From a virus (taxonomy: Duplodnaviria > Caudoviricetes), in IMG/VR virus record IMGVR_UViG_3300033388_003186, positions 1 to 51,291 of that record: 51,291 nucleotides of DNA. The stretch is one strand, 5' to 3'. The number at the start of each line of letters is the position of its first letter. Position 1 is the first letter of the stretch. Positions 1 to 8,506 of this stretch are shown piece by piece. The notes beneath the pieces are model-generated. The model had not been told where the DNA came from. It saw only the letters and a list, made by a program, of their open reading frames with translations, and did not search any database. The position numbers were made by a program, and so were the translations under genes.

Positions 1-2
1 CC

Positions 3-500
3 AAATATCGTCAGTGTACCTCTGACCTGAAGAGAGACCCTATCACGAAGGCAATCAGGCACCATATAAAAGACAACAATCTTGACGGCCTGATCGTCAA
101 CTGCATGGGCCTGAGGGCGGAAGAATCCCCTGGACGAGCCAAGGGTAAAGTCTTCACGTTCAGCAAACGTAACTCCAAGGCCGGTCGTGAGTGGTACGAT
201 TATTCTCCCATCCATAATTGGACCGAAGTTGAAGTCTATGCTGAGATTCTGAATGCTGGAGAAGCTGTTCATTGGGCATACCACATGGGAATGGATAGGT
301 TAAGCTGCCAATTCTGCATCATGGCATCTACCTTCTGCATCATGGCATCTACCGAGGATCTCAAGGTAGCTGCCACCCTGGCACCAGAAAACTACAAGAA
401 AATTGTTGACTTGGAAAAGAAAATAAACTATACTATGATTATGCCTCGGAAAAATAGTGACCCGAGGTTCTTAGAAGAAATTACCGGCATTAAAGCCTAA
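3..500 (+). CDS. PAPS reductase family protein (5' partial)
   Basis: Frame open from nt 3: KYRQCTSDLKRDPI...MGLRAEESPGRA...SPIHNWTEVEV...HWAY..GMDRLSCQFC, matching the CT..LK, GxRxxES and PI.W motifs. Confidence 0.85.
   Translation, partial: KYRQCTSDLKRDPITKAIRHHIKDNNLDGLIVNCMGLRAEESPGRAKGKVFTFSKRNSKAGREWYDYSPIHNWTEVEVYAEILNAGEAVHWAYHMGMDRLSCQFCIMASTFCIMASTEDLKVAATLAPENYKKIVDLEKKINYTMIMPRKNSDPRFLEEITGIKA
312..353 (+). repeat. Perfect 21-bp tandem duplication (in frame, FCIMAST x2)
   Basis: ttctgcatcatggcatctacc at 312-332 and 333-353. Confidence 0.95.
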
Positions 501-520
501 ACCCAAACGAAGGAGACAAC

Positions 521-940
521 ATGAAAAGCATCGATAGACTCGCAATGGAATTAGCCGGAAAGACTAAACTCGCAGCCATCGACCACCTGGACCGTTATGG
601 CTTCTCTGGATCTGAGTGCTATGAAATTACCGGCCAGTTTGTAACCGGTGATACGGATAGAATCTCAGCCCCCTGGACCAGCATCAGAGAGGCCATCAAG
701 TCCACCATGAGGACCTCAGTACGCATCGGAGACCGCCTTGACATGACCCTCGGCTACCTGGCAACCTCGGGCGACGACCTTAACCGCCGTCACCGCGAAA
801 AGGATCTCGGCTTCAAGAAAGCCACCGACGATTGGTCCGAATGTAAAAAGGTCATCCTCTGCATTTGGCCTGGACAAAGCCCGACGCAAATCGTGGACTT
901 CAACAAAACCCATATTCACAGGCCGACCATACTGGTATAA
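521..940 (+). CDS. Hypothetical protein
   Basis: 139-aa ORF with AAGGAG RBS. Confidence 0.75.
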   Translation: MKSIDRLAMELAGKTKLAAIDHLDRYGFSGSECYEITGQFVTGDTDRISAPWTSIREAIKSTMRTSVRIGDRLDMTLGYLATSGDDLNRRHREKDLGFKKATDDWSECKKVILCIWPGQSPTQIVDFNKTHIHRPTILV

Positions 941-952
941 AAGGAGAACACT

Positions 953-1195
953 ATGCATTCAGACCCAAAAGATTGCACCATGAAAAAGCTGGACATTGGA
1001 ACAACTAATGACGATAAAGCTTCCCTGCTCGAAGCCATGTCTGAGGACCTCGGACTCTTAGAAGCAATGAGCAGGGGCGAGTTCAACACGCCACCGTGGG
1101 ATAATTGCAAAAAGAATGAGGCCAGATACACCCTGAAGTCCATCATCAGCCTGGCGGAAACAATGGCCAAGAAGAACTGTATCGACCTCGGTTAA
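953..1195 (+). CDS. Hypothetical protein
   Basis: 80-aa ORF with AAGGAG RBS. Confidence 0.7.
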   Translation: MHSDPKDCTMKKLDIGTTNDDKASLLEAMSEDLGLLEAMSRGEFNTPPWDNCKKNEARYTLKSIISLAETMAKKNCIDLG

Positions 1196-1223
1196 CACGC
1201 CAACAAGCGGTTAACATCATCTG

Positions 1224-1272
1224 AGAAGGGCGCAAACCTATAAGATCTCAAGGTTTAGCGCCCTTTCTATTT
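1224..1272. terminator. Hairpin terminator between convergent transcription units
   Basis: gaagggcgc-aaacct...aggttt-a-gcgcccttt stem followed by a T-rich tail. Confidence 0.65.
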
Positions 1273-1450
1273 GGAGCAGGCCCCTTTTAAAACTCAAATA
1301 GTTAACAGATAGTAACGTTTTTGCCCCTCTCCCCGATCATCAACCTAAGGGCAGTACCCCTTAAAACTGGTCTCCCGACGAGAGAGGTCACGCACTCAAG
1401 CTGCCCGAAGAAGAGTGCTGTCTCCCTGGCCAACTCTGTACGCTCAAAGG

Positions 1451-1630
1451 TTAGTATTCCATGGTAACAGCAAGGCCCAAGCCGAACACTCTGAAGCCGA
1501 ACGATAGGAACTGCACATCAGCATCCCACCAGGCATTCACCCACCACTCACGGCGGTCACAAGAAGTCCAGCGGGACCGGTCTCTCGGGTAGTCGATAGA
1601 ACTGAATTCAAAAGCGATACTTCCTTCCAT
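1451..1630 (-). CDS. Small Trp-rich hypothetical protein (59 aa, below ORF-track cutoff)
   Basis: GGGGGA RBS; MEGSIAFEF...REWWVNAWWDAD...TMEY*. Confidence 0.6.
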   Translation of the reverse strand: MEGSIAFEFSSIDYPRDRSRWTSCDRREWWVNAWWDADVQFLSFGFRVFGLGLAVTMEY

Positions 1631-1642
1631 AATAATTCCCCC

Positions 1643-1948
1643 TTATTTGAGTAGATATCCCCCAGCAAGTATGCAGGCCATGCCGAGGTAATGCTTAACG
1701 GTTACCGGCTCTTTGAACAGGCCGACGCCTATCAGGTAGCCGAGTATGCTCAGGACCCCAATGGCAATGAACCAATAGGCGGTAAAGCTTGGAGCGTGCT
1801 TGACTGAGTATGGTACGAGCCAGCCGGTACCCAGGACGATACCACCGCAATAGATCAAATAGGTCTCAAGGCATAGTCCTTTGGATCTCATTGGCACCTG
1901 TATGGCGGCCAAGATTATCATCGATAGTATGGTCGTCAGTAGCCACAT
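1643..1948 (-). CDS. SMR/EamA (DMT superfamily)-like small membrane protein
   Basis: Four hydrophobic segments; C-terminal GLFKEPVTVKHYLGMACILAG pattern. Confidence 0.7.
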   Translation of the reverse strand: MWLLTTILSMIILAAIQVPMRSKGLCLETYLIYCGGIVLGTGWLVPYSVKHAPSFTAYWFIAIGVLSILGYLIGVGLFKEPVTVKHYLGMACILAGGYLLK

Positions 1949-2090
1949 TTCTTTTCACCCCCCGCTTAGGCATCCAGTTGGTCATAAATTGCTCCTGGCC
2001 GTCCTCGGTAAGACACTCGAAACATGAGGCGCTTTCTATTGGATCGCTCTCATATTTGCATGAGCTACAAGTTTTTAATAGTTCAGGCAT
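1866..2090 (-). CDS. Small Cys-rich protein
   Basis: Start MPELLKTCSSCKY coupled (TAATG) to upstream stop; two CxxC motifs. Confidence 0.5.
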   Translation of the reverse strand: MPELLKTCSSCKYESDPIESASCFECLTEDGQEQFMTNWMPKRGVKRNVATDDHTIDDNLGRHTGANEIQRTMP

Positions 2091-2665
2091 TATCCCACCA
2101 GCCAGAATAAAAAAGAGAAGACACCTACCATCATCATCGAACCTAAGGTTATGACCGTCCAGGTTACGCAGAATGCCCCCACCAGGTTGCACAAGGTAAA
2201 GATGGTTGGACTATCTTTGGCCTCGGCATCCTCGGCTACCTCTTTAAGGATATCGGCGTCTATTGCGTCTCTTATGGCCTCACCGCCTGCATCAAAATAT
2301 TTCTCAGGAATACCAAAAGAATCGTTATAGAAAGAATCATCCTGTTTGTGATATACCTTTTTCTTTTCGCGCTCAACCCATAGGTTGTATTTCAGCGGAA
2401 TATCATCGCCCAGGCACTCCCTCGCATTAAGGTTGCAAGATGTATGAGGATGATCCCCGCTTGACATACAGGTCTTACAGGATATACCGGCATCGTTCAT
2501 GACCTTATTTGGGTTCAGCGGCTTCCAATCTGCATAGGCGTAGGTTCCTGGTAAAAGAAACCCGCCACCCTCAGGAAATAGGCATTTCATGGGTTCTTTG
2601 AGATGACAATTCTTATCGGCCCACGGATCTCGATTGAAACAGGTATCACATGATTTCTCTTCCAT
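2090..2665 (-). CDS. Cys-rich protein with two CxxC repeats and C-terminal membrane segment
   Basis: SCDTC...C...C..W and SCKTC...C...C..W repeats; hydrophobic C-terminus. Confidence 0.65.
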   Translation of the reverse strand: MEEKSCDTCFNRDPWADKNCHLKEPMKCLFPEGGGFLLPGTYAYADWKPLNPNKVMNDAGISCKTCMSSGDHPHTSCNLNARECLGDDIPLKYNLWVEREKKKVYHKQDDSFYNDSFGIPEKYFDAGGEAIRDAIDADILKEVAEDAEAKDSPTIFTLCNLVGAFCVTWTVITLGSMMMVGVFSFLFWLVG

Positions 2666-3096
2666 TATTCCCCCTCTCCAAAATCCTCATACATTCTTAC
2701 CGTCCACGAACCTCTCTCACCGCCGTCTATTCTCATGGCGAGTTCATAGGCCGTGGTTGCAACGTCTGCATACTTGGCGGCCTTCTGCTCTTCCTTCAGG
2801 CTCCTATGGAAGGGCCTCGCGCAATGGCCGAACTCATGAGCAAATAGATCTATCATTTCCTTTACGGAGACCTTTTTGCCAACCCAAAAATGAACCTTTT
2901 TCTTTCTATCGGCCCACCCCCAATAATTACCCTTCCGAAGCTCCTTGATTTTCTTTACATTTGTCGTGCTATGGTAGACCCCCTTTGAGTCCATGAACTC
3001 CCATACGCCAGGCTGCTTGTCCAGGTCCTTTACTTTGCACATAAAGAAGGCTGCCAGGCAACCATTAATGGTCTGGTACTGTTCGACTTCTATCAT
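2665..3096 (-). CDS. Putative zinc metallopeptidase-like protein (HExxH)
   Basis: FAHEFGHC motif followed by EE..A; start moved to MIEVEQ after GGGGGA RBS. Confidence 0.6.
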   Translation of the reverse strand: MIEVEQYQTINGCLAAFFMCKVKDLDKQPGVWEFMDSKGVYHSTTNVKKIKELRKGNYWGWADRKKKVHFWVGKKVSVKEMIDLFAHEFGHCARPFHRSLKEEQKAAKYADVATTAYELAMRIDGGERGSWTVRMYEDFGEGE

Positions 3097-3191
3097 ATCG
3101 CATCCCCCGAATACAACATATTTATAGTAGATTTCCCGAAATATACAACATGAAACGATAGTTTTGCACGATAACATTGCGAATGTTATCG

Positions 3192-3437
3192 TCAGCAAAT
3201 ATCGTGCATATACCTGAGCGCCATGGCCGCGACCTGTTTGGCTTCGTCGTAATGCTCAGGGAATGGCCGGTTCTTTTTGATGTTATCCCATAGCTCGTCA
3301 AGCTCTTCAAGGATAATGGCGTAGCCTTCATGAGGCCCACCGAACGTATGGAATTTATCCGAGGCTTCGCGGTACTCGCGCATTACGTCGTCCAGGATAA
3401 GCTCCAGCTTAGGCGTCATTGGATGATTTAATAGCAT
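3192..3437 (-). CDS. MazG-like all-alpha NTP pyrophosphatase
   Basis: HEGYAIILEELDELW...EAKQVAAMALR. Confidence 0.65.
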   Translation of the reverse strand: MLLNHPMTPKLELILDDVMREYREASDKFHTFGGPHEGYAIILEELDELWDNIKKNRPFPEHYDEAKQVAAMALRYMHDIC

Positions 3438-3636
3438 TTATTTCCCCCTGGATCTTGGTCTCGTCCAGCTTATGATCCCCGCACCAATCGGTACTGAAGA
3501 CCGCCGGAAAGCCGGTCATGGTCGGTGCGTGCTTCCGGCACCGTCCGAACGTGGTGCAGGGCGCTTTGGTTGCAAAGTGCATACAGGTACCGCAGAGCAT
3601 CCCCTTGGATCTGTGTTCCCAATTATCCTTAGGCAT
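3409..3636 (-). CDS. Small Cys-rich phage protein
   Basis: CGTCMHF...GRCRKHAP...FPAV..TDWCGDH. Confidence 0.65.
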   Translation of the reverse strand: MPKDNWEHRSKGMLCGTCMHFATKAPCTTFGRCRKHAPTMTGFPAVFSTDWCGDHKLDETKIQGEINAIKSSNDA

Positions 3637-4360
3637 TTTTCATCCCCGCTGCATTCCTGATCGTCTGGATCTTTGTGAAAAGATATCCATGCTCGGCAAT
3701 CAGCATATCAGCATGGCTCGAATCATCGTCATATCCCTGGTAGAGAGAGTTGGAGACAACATAATCCTGGACCTTTTCGTATTGCTCACTGTTCCACACA
3801 AGCAAATCTTGTCCTGGCGTCGGACGATGATAAAGAGTCCCTTGTTCCTTGGCATTTTTTTCCTCAAGTTCCTGGCAACGACCAATGAGGCCCATGTTGC
3901 GTTTGTCCAGGTCGGCATTGTCATCCACGGCATCGGCAAGCCCTGTTCTTAAGGTCTTTATCAGCGCATTCAGTTTCTCATTCCAAGCTTCAGAATCTTC
4001 AAGTTTCCGAAACAGGTCGATGTTTAACACTTTTACGTCTCTCAGGATTTTCTCAATTTCATCGATCTCTTCCTGGTAGTCTTTGGCTTCCTGAAGGTTT
4101 ACGCTCTTTGTTTCCGCCGCACCTTGCCGGAGATTTTCGATAACAAACAGGTGGACCGTGATCCTGGCGTCAGGATAAAAATCGGTTATGGATATCGATA
4201 TATTCTTATCAACAAGAATCACCGCATCGACATTGCCGGTCCCGTCTGCGATATACCAATTATCCTCGAACTTCTCCAGGCGGTATTTGCTGTCATCGCC
4301 ATCAAGGCGTCCATGATACACGCCTTCGCAATATTCATCACCAAATACTCTCTCTTCCAT
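3629..4360 (-). CDS. Hypothetical coiled-coil protein
   Basis: 243-aa ORF with RBS and heptad-rich centre. Confidence 0.65.
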   Translation of the reverse strand: MEERVFGDEYCEGVYHGRLDGDDSKYRLEKFEDNWYIADGTGNVDAVILVDKNISISITDFYPDARITVHLFVIENLRQGAAETKSVNLQEAKDYQEEIDEIEKILRDVKVLNIDLFRKLEDSEAWNEKLNALIKTLRTGLADAVDDNADLDKRNMGLIGRCQELEEKNAKEQGTLYHRPTPGQDLLVWNSEQYEKVQDYVVSNSLYQGYDDDSSHADMLIAEHGYLFTKIQTIRNAAGMKNA

Positions 4361-4444
4361 TTTCCTATTCCCCCTTGTTTTCTTGATTGAGAAAGTCGTT
4401 ATTAGTAGGACATTTAACCGGCCAAACTGTCCGGTTATCTATCC

Positions 4445-4618
4445 TCAGTCTTCGCATTCATCCTGGTCCTTTAGGTATTCGGCAGTCGTTTCATCGGCTG
4501 TCTTACCGTCCATCATAAAGTCCAGGATCTTGTTGCATTTTCTGATTTGATTCTCAGCGTCCATCAGCATCGCTCTGATAGCCGCAACTCTAACCTCATT
4601 GGTAACAGTCGGCGTCAT
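4445..4618 (-). CDS. Hypothetical protein
   Basis: Start MTPTV after AAGGAAAGGG. Confidence 0.55.
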   Translation of the reverse strand: MTPTVTNEVRVAAIRAMLMDAENQIRKCNKILDFMMDGKTADETTAEYLKDQDECED

Positions 4619-4663
4619 GGCCCTTTCCTTTCTCAGTAGGGCGAGGCCCCGAATGTTTAAAGT

Positions 4664-4727
4664 TTTAGTGTCGCGTAAATGGTGCTTTAATGGCACATAA
4701 AGCGCTTTTATGTCACTTTAATGGCAC
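4664..4727. repeat. Degenerate 11-bp tandem array (consensus TTTAATGGCAC)
   Basis: tttagtgtcgc/gtaaatggtgc/tttaatggcac/ataaagcgc/ttttatgtcac/tttaatggcac in an intergenic gap. Confidence 0.6.
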
Positions 4728-4734
4728 ATTATCG

Positions 4735-4908
4735 TTAGATCCAGCGCTTCCGGCACCACCTTGGCGCATATTTCTCATACAGAGCTATTAGCCGAAGCAG
4801 GCCCATACAGGCAGCGAGACCCCATAAGGAAAGAACAAAGACCCAAAATCTAAAGGCTGGCTTTGGAAGCGGCGTGCTTTCGTCTTCGAACCTTGCAGCG
4901 TGTCTCAT
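4735..4908 (-). CDS. Small membrane protein
   Basis: MRHAARF start after GGGGG RBS; one hydrophobic segment. Confidence 0.5.
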   Translation of the reverse strand: MRHAARFEDESTPLPKPAFRFWVFVLSLWGLAACMGLLRLIALYEKYAPRWCRKRWI

Positions 4909-5492
4909 TTTACCCCCTGTGGCTGCCTGAGCGGCCAAATAAGAGGACTTTAACCCTCTTGAGTATGTTGGGTCCACCCTGCCAGTAAAGTTGTTCTACG
5001 GCCAGCAGGATGATCTTAACCAGGTCTCCATTCGAGATTCGAGAATTCCGAATATAGAACGCTATTATGTTTGCTCTGACACCCTTCATCCGAAAATCAT
5101 CGTGGGCCAGGTAAGCATGACCTTGATAGCCTCGCGCCAGTCATAAGGCTCGTCGGCCATCATTAAGAAAAAGAACCAGTAACCGGCAAGGCCCATGGCG
5201 CAATATAGCGCAATTCCTGCGAGACAAGCTGAAATAATTATTCCGGTCATTTCATTACCCCCTCATAAACTGTTATATTTTGAAGTTTCTGAATAATATC
5301 GTTATATCTCTTTTATTCTGATTAGATCCCAGCCATATCCGCGAAAAGTGTTTATTACCCCTTTAAGCTGGCCACCTACAACTTGAAACTTACCCGTTTT
5401 GAGTTCGTTTGTGTTTTGTTTCCGAAACGAGGCAGCGTAAGTCTTTGCTTTAATACGCTTTGACGTTTTCGGATAGGCGTATGGTAGGCGCA

Positions 5493-5840
5493 TCATAGGC
5501 TTATTACCCATCCCACCAGGGCCATCAGGCTGCAAAAGATCATCGCGTTTGTCCATGAGAAGCGCCGAGGAACTTCCGGCCAGGATGCTCCGGCCAGTGG
5601 TTTTTCAAGATCTATCCGGCCCCAACTTTCGGCCCTGGTATGGGCCTCGACATATTCCCTGGCTGTAAGCAGGCGTGAAGGCGTGTTCACCTTCCACACC
5701 TTCCATGGACTCAGCCTGCCAAGATCAATGTCATCTTCTTTATAGGGATTCATTGTTATCATCGGACCTGGATGAATATTAACATCATCAAGCGCACGCC
5801 TTAATTTCTCGTTCTTGTATTTTTCTGGAGTCGCTGCCAT
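5493..5840 (-). CDS. Hypothetical protein with C-terminal TM segment
   Basis: 115 aa; TAATG coupling; RBS. Confidence 0.6.
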   Translation of the reverse strand: MAATPEKYKNEKLRRALDDVNIHPGPMITMNPYKEDDIDLGRLSPWKVWKVNTPSRLLTAREYVEAHTRAESWGRIDLEKPLAGASWPEVPRRFSWTNAMIFCSLMALVGWVISL

Positions 5841-6103
5841 TATTCCCCCCTCGCTGCACGCTTGGAAGCCTTCAGGGCGTTTACCTTTTTCTGATCCTTG
5901 GTATCAGCCTTGATCTGAATAGAACATAAAGCGCAGCCACCAGTCCTGAACAGGGTGTAAGGACGAGAATAAGAACTACAAACGCCTTGATCCATCTTGT
6001 CGCACTCGGCGGTCTGCCGCTTGCTGCCGTCAGGCTCGTCAACCCACCTGGTACACATTTTTTGGTAAGCTTCCTGATCTTGTTCAATAATTTTTGATAA
6101 CAT
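5840..6103 (-). CDS. Small Cys-containing hypothetical protein
   Basis: First ORF after the conserved promoter; AGGGGG RBS. Confidence 0.65.
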   Translation of the reverse strand: MLSKIIEQDQEAYQKMCTRWVDEPDGSKRQTAECDKMDQGVCSSYSRPYTLFRTGGCALCSIQIKADTKDQKKVNALKASKRAARGE

Positions 6104-6146
6104 AAAATAAGAACCCCCCTTATTATAGTTTCGTGCTTATAAATAC

Positions 6147-6178
6147 ATTATAGCACAAACCTCAGGTTTTGTTAACCC
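6147..6178 (-). promoter_or_regulatory. Class II phage promoter copy 1
   Basis: Minus strand gggTTAACA-aaacctgaggtttgtgc-TATAAT; 17-bp spacer; TG extension. Confidence 0.85.
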
Positions 6179-6414
6179 TAACAGAAAGAAAAGTATAATA
6201 TGCCAAAAATTACTACGGCTGCACCAATAGCAGGCAAGATCCACGGATTGATATCGCGGTCCTTCAGCGGCCAGATATTGTCGAGGAATGCAACCACATA
6301 GCGGTCATTCTTATTCTCGATATATCCCTGGACCCCTGGCACCGTATCGATACTGACAGATACCTCGTGCTTTATAAATGTTGGAATGTAATAATAAGTG
6401 TATTTAGTTTTCAT
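6178..6414 (-). CDS. Small protein with C-terminal TM segment
   Basis: MKTKYTY start, GGGGGA RBS. Confidence 0.55.
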   Translation of the reverse strand: MKTKYTYYYIPTFIKHEVSVSIDTVPGVQGYIENKNDRYVVAFLDNIWPLKDRDINPWILPAIGAAVVIFGILYFSFC

Positions 6415-6670
6415 CGTATCCCCCAAGACGCTTTGAATGCGGCGTGAATATATCAAGGTAATGAAGGCCGCCGATTGAATAAATTACTTCCTGGACAAGC
6501 TCGGCATCGCCGTCGCCGTCAAGGTCGCACCATTGGTAAAAAGATCCATTCAAGGTTGACTCTTCACGAATGGTTACGCAGTCGTCATCCTCAACGTGCG
6601 TGCCATGGCCGTCAGCAATACCGAGCGCCAGGACGAATATGAAAAATAAAATGTAGAGAGTTAATCGCAT
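6404..6670 (-). CDS. Small secreted protein with DxDxDG Ca-binding-like loop
   Basis: N-terminal hydrophobic signal; CDLDGDGDAE. Confidence 0.55.
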   Translation of the reverse strand: MRLTLYILFFIFVLALGIADGHGTHVEDDDCVTIREESTLNGSFYQWCDLDGDGDAELVQEVIYSIGGLHYLDIFTPHSKRLGGYDEN

Positions 6671-6828
6671 TCTTTTGGTTTCCGCAGGAGCGCCCACCGA
6701 TTGTCACAATGCTCAAGCTCATAATCATGGGCCTTCCCATGGACTTCATCCAGGGCGCACCAGGACTTGCACTCAGGGCATTTGCCGAGAGCCGTATCAT
6801 TTATGAGTGTAGCTTCGATATCTGGCAT
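6661..6828 (-). CDS. Small zinc-ribbon protein
   Basis: MPDIEA start with AGGGGG RBS; CPEC...HC. Confidence 0.55.
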   Translation of the reverse strand: MPDIEATLINDTALGKCPECKSWCALDEVHGKAHDYELEHCDNRWALLRKPKECD

Positions 6829-6838
6829 AGATCCCCCT

Positions 6839-7414
6839 CTATTCCATCTCGATAGGTAGTTTACCCTTTGTTGTTCCGTCGATCTCTTCAAGTAAGCCCT
6901 TAATGGTAATGACGGTATCGACCTCGACCGTTTCCTTTTGCATCCCGAAGCACTTCTCAAGACGGTCCAGACTACGGCCCTTCTCGTTAAGCTTGATCTC
7001 ATAGGTCTTTGTCGTGACACCAGCGAGCGTTACCGACTTCTCCTTAATCGAACTGATCGCACGCCGCGCAGCCTCGGGCATCTTATGTATCGGAAGGATC
7101 GCGCCGGTCTCGTCAAATATATCCCCGATATCCTGAAATGCTATCAGGCCCTCTTCCCGAAGGATTCGGTCCTTTGTAATGGCAACGACAACATCGACTG
7201 TTTTCTCGATCTCTCCGGTGCGCTCCGCCAGGTATGCCTTTACGGCTGGACTCTTGAGAAGCCGCGAGGCCGCAGCTTTAGCCGACGCCTTTTTCTTAAC
7301 AGACGGGTAGGCCATCTGATAAGCAGCATAGTCGGCCATGGACTTTCCGCCGTCCTGGCCGACCTGGAGCTTATTGTTGCAGAAAATTATTTGCTGAGGC
7401 GTTAACTTCTTCAT
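6839..7414 (-). CDS. terS: Terminase small subunit
   Basis: MKKLTPQQIIFC...AAYQMAY...AASRLLKSPAVKAYL...ILREEGLIAFQDIGDIFD...EIKLNEKGRSLDRLEKCFGM; ATGA overlap start. Confidence 0.85.
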   Translation of the reverse strand: MKKLTPQQIIFCNNKLQVGQDGGKSMADYAAYQMAYPSVKKKASAKAAASRLLKSPAVKAYLAERTGEIEKTVDVVVAITKDRILREEGLIAFQDIGDIFDETGAILPIHKMPEAARRAISSIKEKSVTLAGVTTKTYEIKLNEKGRSLDRLEKCFGMQKETVEVDTVITIKGLLEEIDGTTKGKLPIEME

Positions 7415-7797
7415 AATAGATTGAACCCCACACAAGTAACAATGTCGCTGGGAATGAACGTGCGCTTGTAGACGGTCTGGAGAACGTGCATCAAACCAAT
7501 CGGCTTCACGCAATCAAGGTCATGCTCGTTCTTGAGAACGAAGTCCGGTATCTCAATCAGGTTGCATACCGTGACGTTGACCAGGTTGCCGGAGCCTATG
7601 AGGTTACCCTGAACATCGGTCAGGCCGATAACATCGCCAATCCTATCGCTGAGAGCGGCGTGCTTGATTCCGGCGCGAACCGTGAAGTTGAGGCCCTTCC
7701 GAAACGTCGGATTTCCAAATGCGATAACGTACTGAGGGTCAAAACCCTCACCTAATGCCAGCTTACTCTGATTTTGCGGTTTCTTTTTTTCAGTCAT
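7411..7797 (-). CDS. ASCH/PUA-like domain protein
   Basis: FTVRAG...IGDVI...LIEIPDFVLKNEH...LQTVY...VTCVGF. Confidence 0.55.
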   Translation of the reverse strand: MTEKKKPQNQSKLALGEGFDPQYVIAFGNPTFRKGLNFTVRAGIKHAALSDRIGDVIGLTDVQGNLIGSGNLVNVTVCNLIEIPDFVLKNEHDLDCVKPIGLMHVLQTVYKRTFIPSDIVTCVGFNLL

Positions 7798-8112
7798 TTT
7801 TCCCCCTTCAGTTTAAATTTATTACCGTATAGGTACCCTGAGTATGCTTATTATCAAATTCTTAAACTCATTGAACGAATAAAGTATCCTATTCAACGTA
7901 GCAGGCACATCATCCGGCGAGTGAAAGTGCATTTCAACAGTCCTTTCCAGGAGCGGTTGAACAGGATGAAAGTCACCCACCTTTCTTGGGTCCTTTCGTT
8001 GACTTAATTTCATTGTCAGTATTAGCATCTTTCCCCCTGAATGTTTTATCGTAGTTGGCCCTGAACGCAGGCGAAGCGCTTTTGTCCTTTCGTTTTTGGA
8101 TATGGCCTGCCA

Positions 8113-8487
8113 TTATTTTTTCCTCACGTTCACGGTAAACAGAAAAGCGTTCAGATTCTCCAACATAGCACGATAGATCCTGGCCTTGGCCATCTCGGTT
8201 CTCACTTCGATGTTCCAGCCGATATTTGGCTCTTCGTAAAATGTTGGTAGATTCATGAACGCTGAACTATGGCGTATATTGTGGCACTTCCCGCATAGCG
8301 GGAGAAGGTATACATCTGAGGGCTTAAGTGCGGTTCCACCGCCGCCGCCGATACGCTCGTGGTGAGGATGGAAACGCTCTCCGGCTTGCCTTACTGCACC
8401 GCAGCGGAAGCATACCGGCAGGCGTGAAACAAATTCCTGGTAAGCCTTAAGGTCCCATGTAACGGACTTCAAATAAGATCGAATCAT
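8113..8487 (-). CDS. HNH-like nuclease (DUF968/Ref-like)
   Basis: CFRCG...HPHH..GGGGTALKPSD..LLPLCGKCH..RH. Confidence 0.75.
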   Translation of the reverse strand: MIRSYLKSVTWDLKAYQEFVSRLPVCFRCGAVRQAGERFHPHHERIGGGGGTALKPSDVYLLPLCGKCHNIRHSSAFMNLPTFYEEPNIGWNIEVRTEMAKARIYRAMLENLNAFLFTVNVRKK

Positions 8488-8506
8488 TTTCTATCCCCCG
8501 ATAGTT

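Noticed and set aside
1300-1450. ncRNA in the 3' gap of the left accessory operon
   Set aside because: Only short 5-6-bp hairpins with no closing stem or recognisable motif; insufficient support
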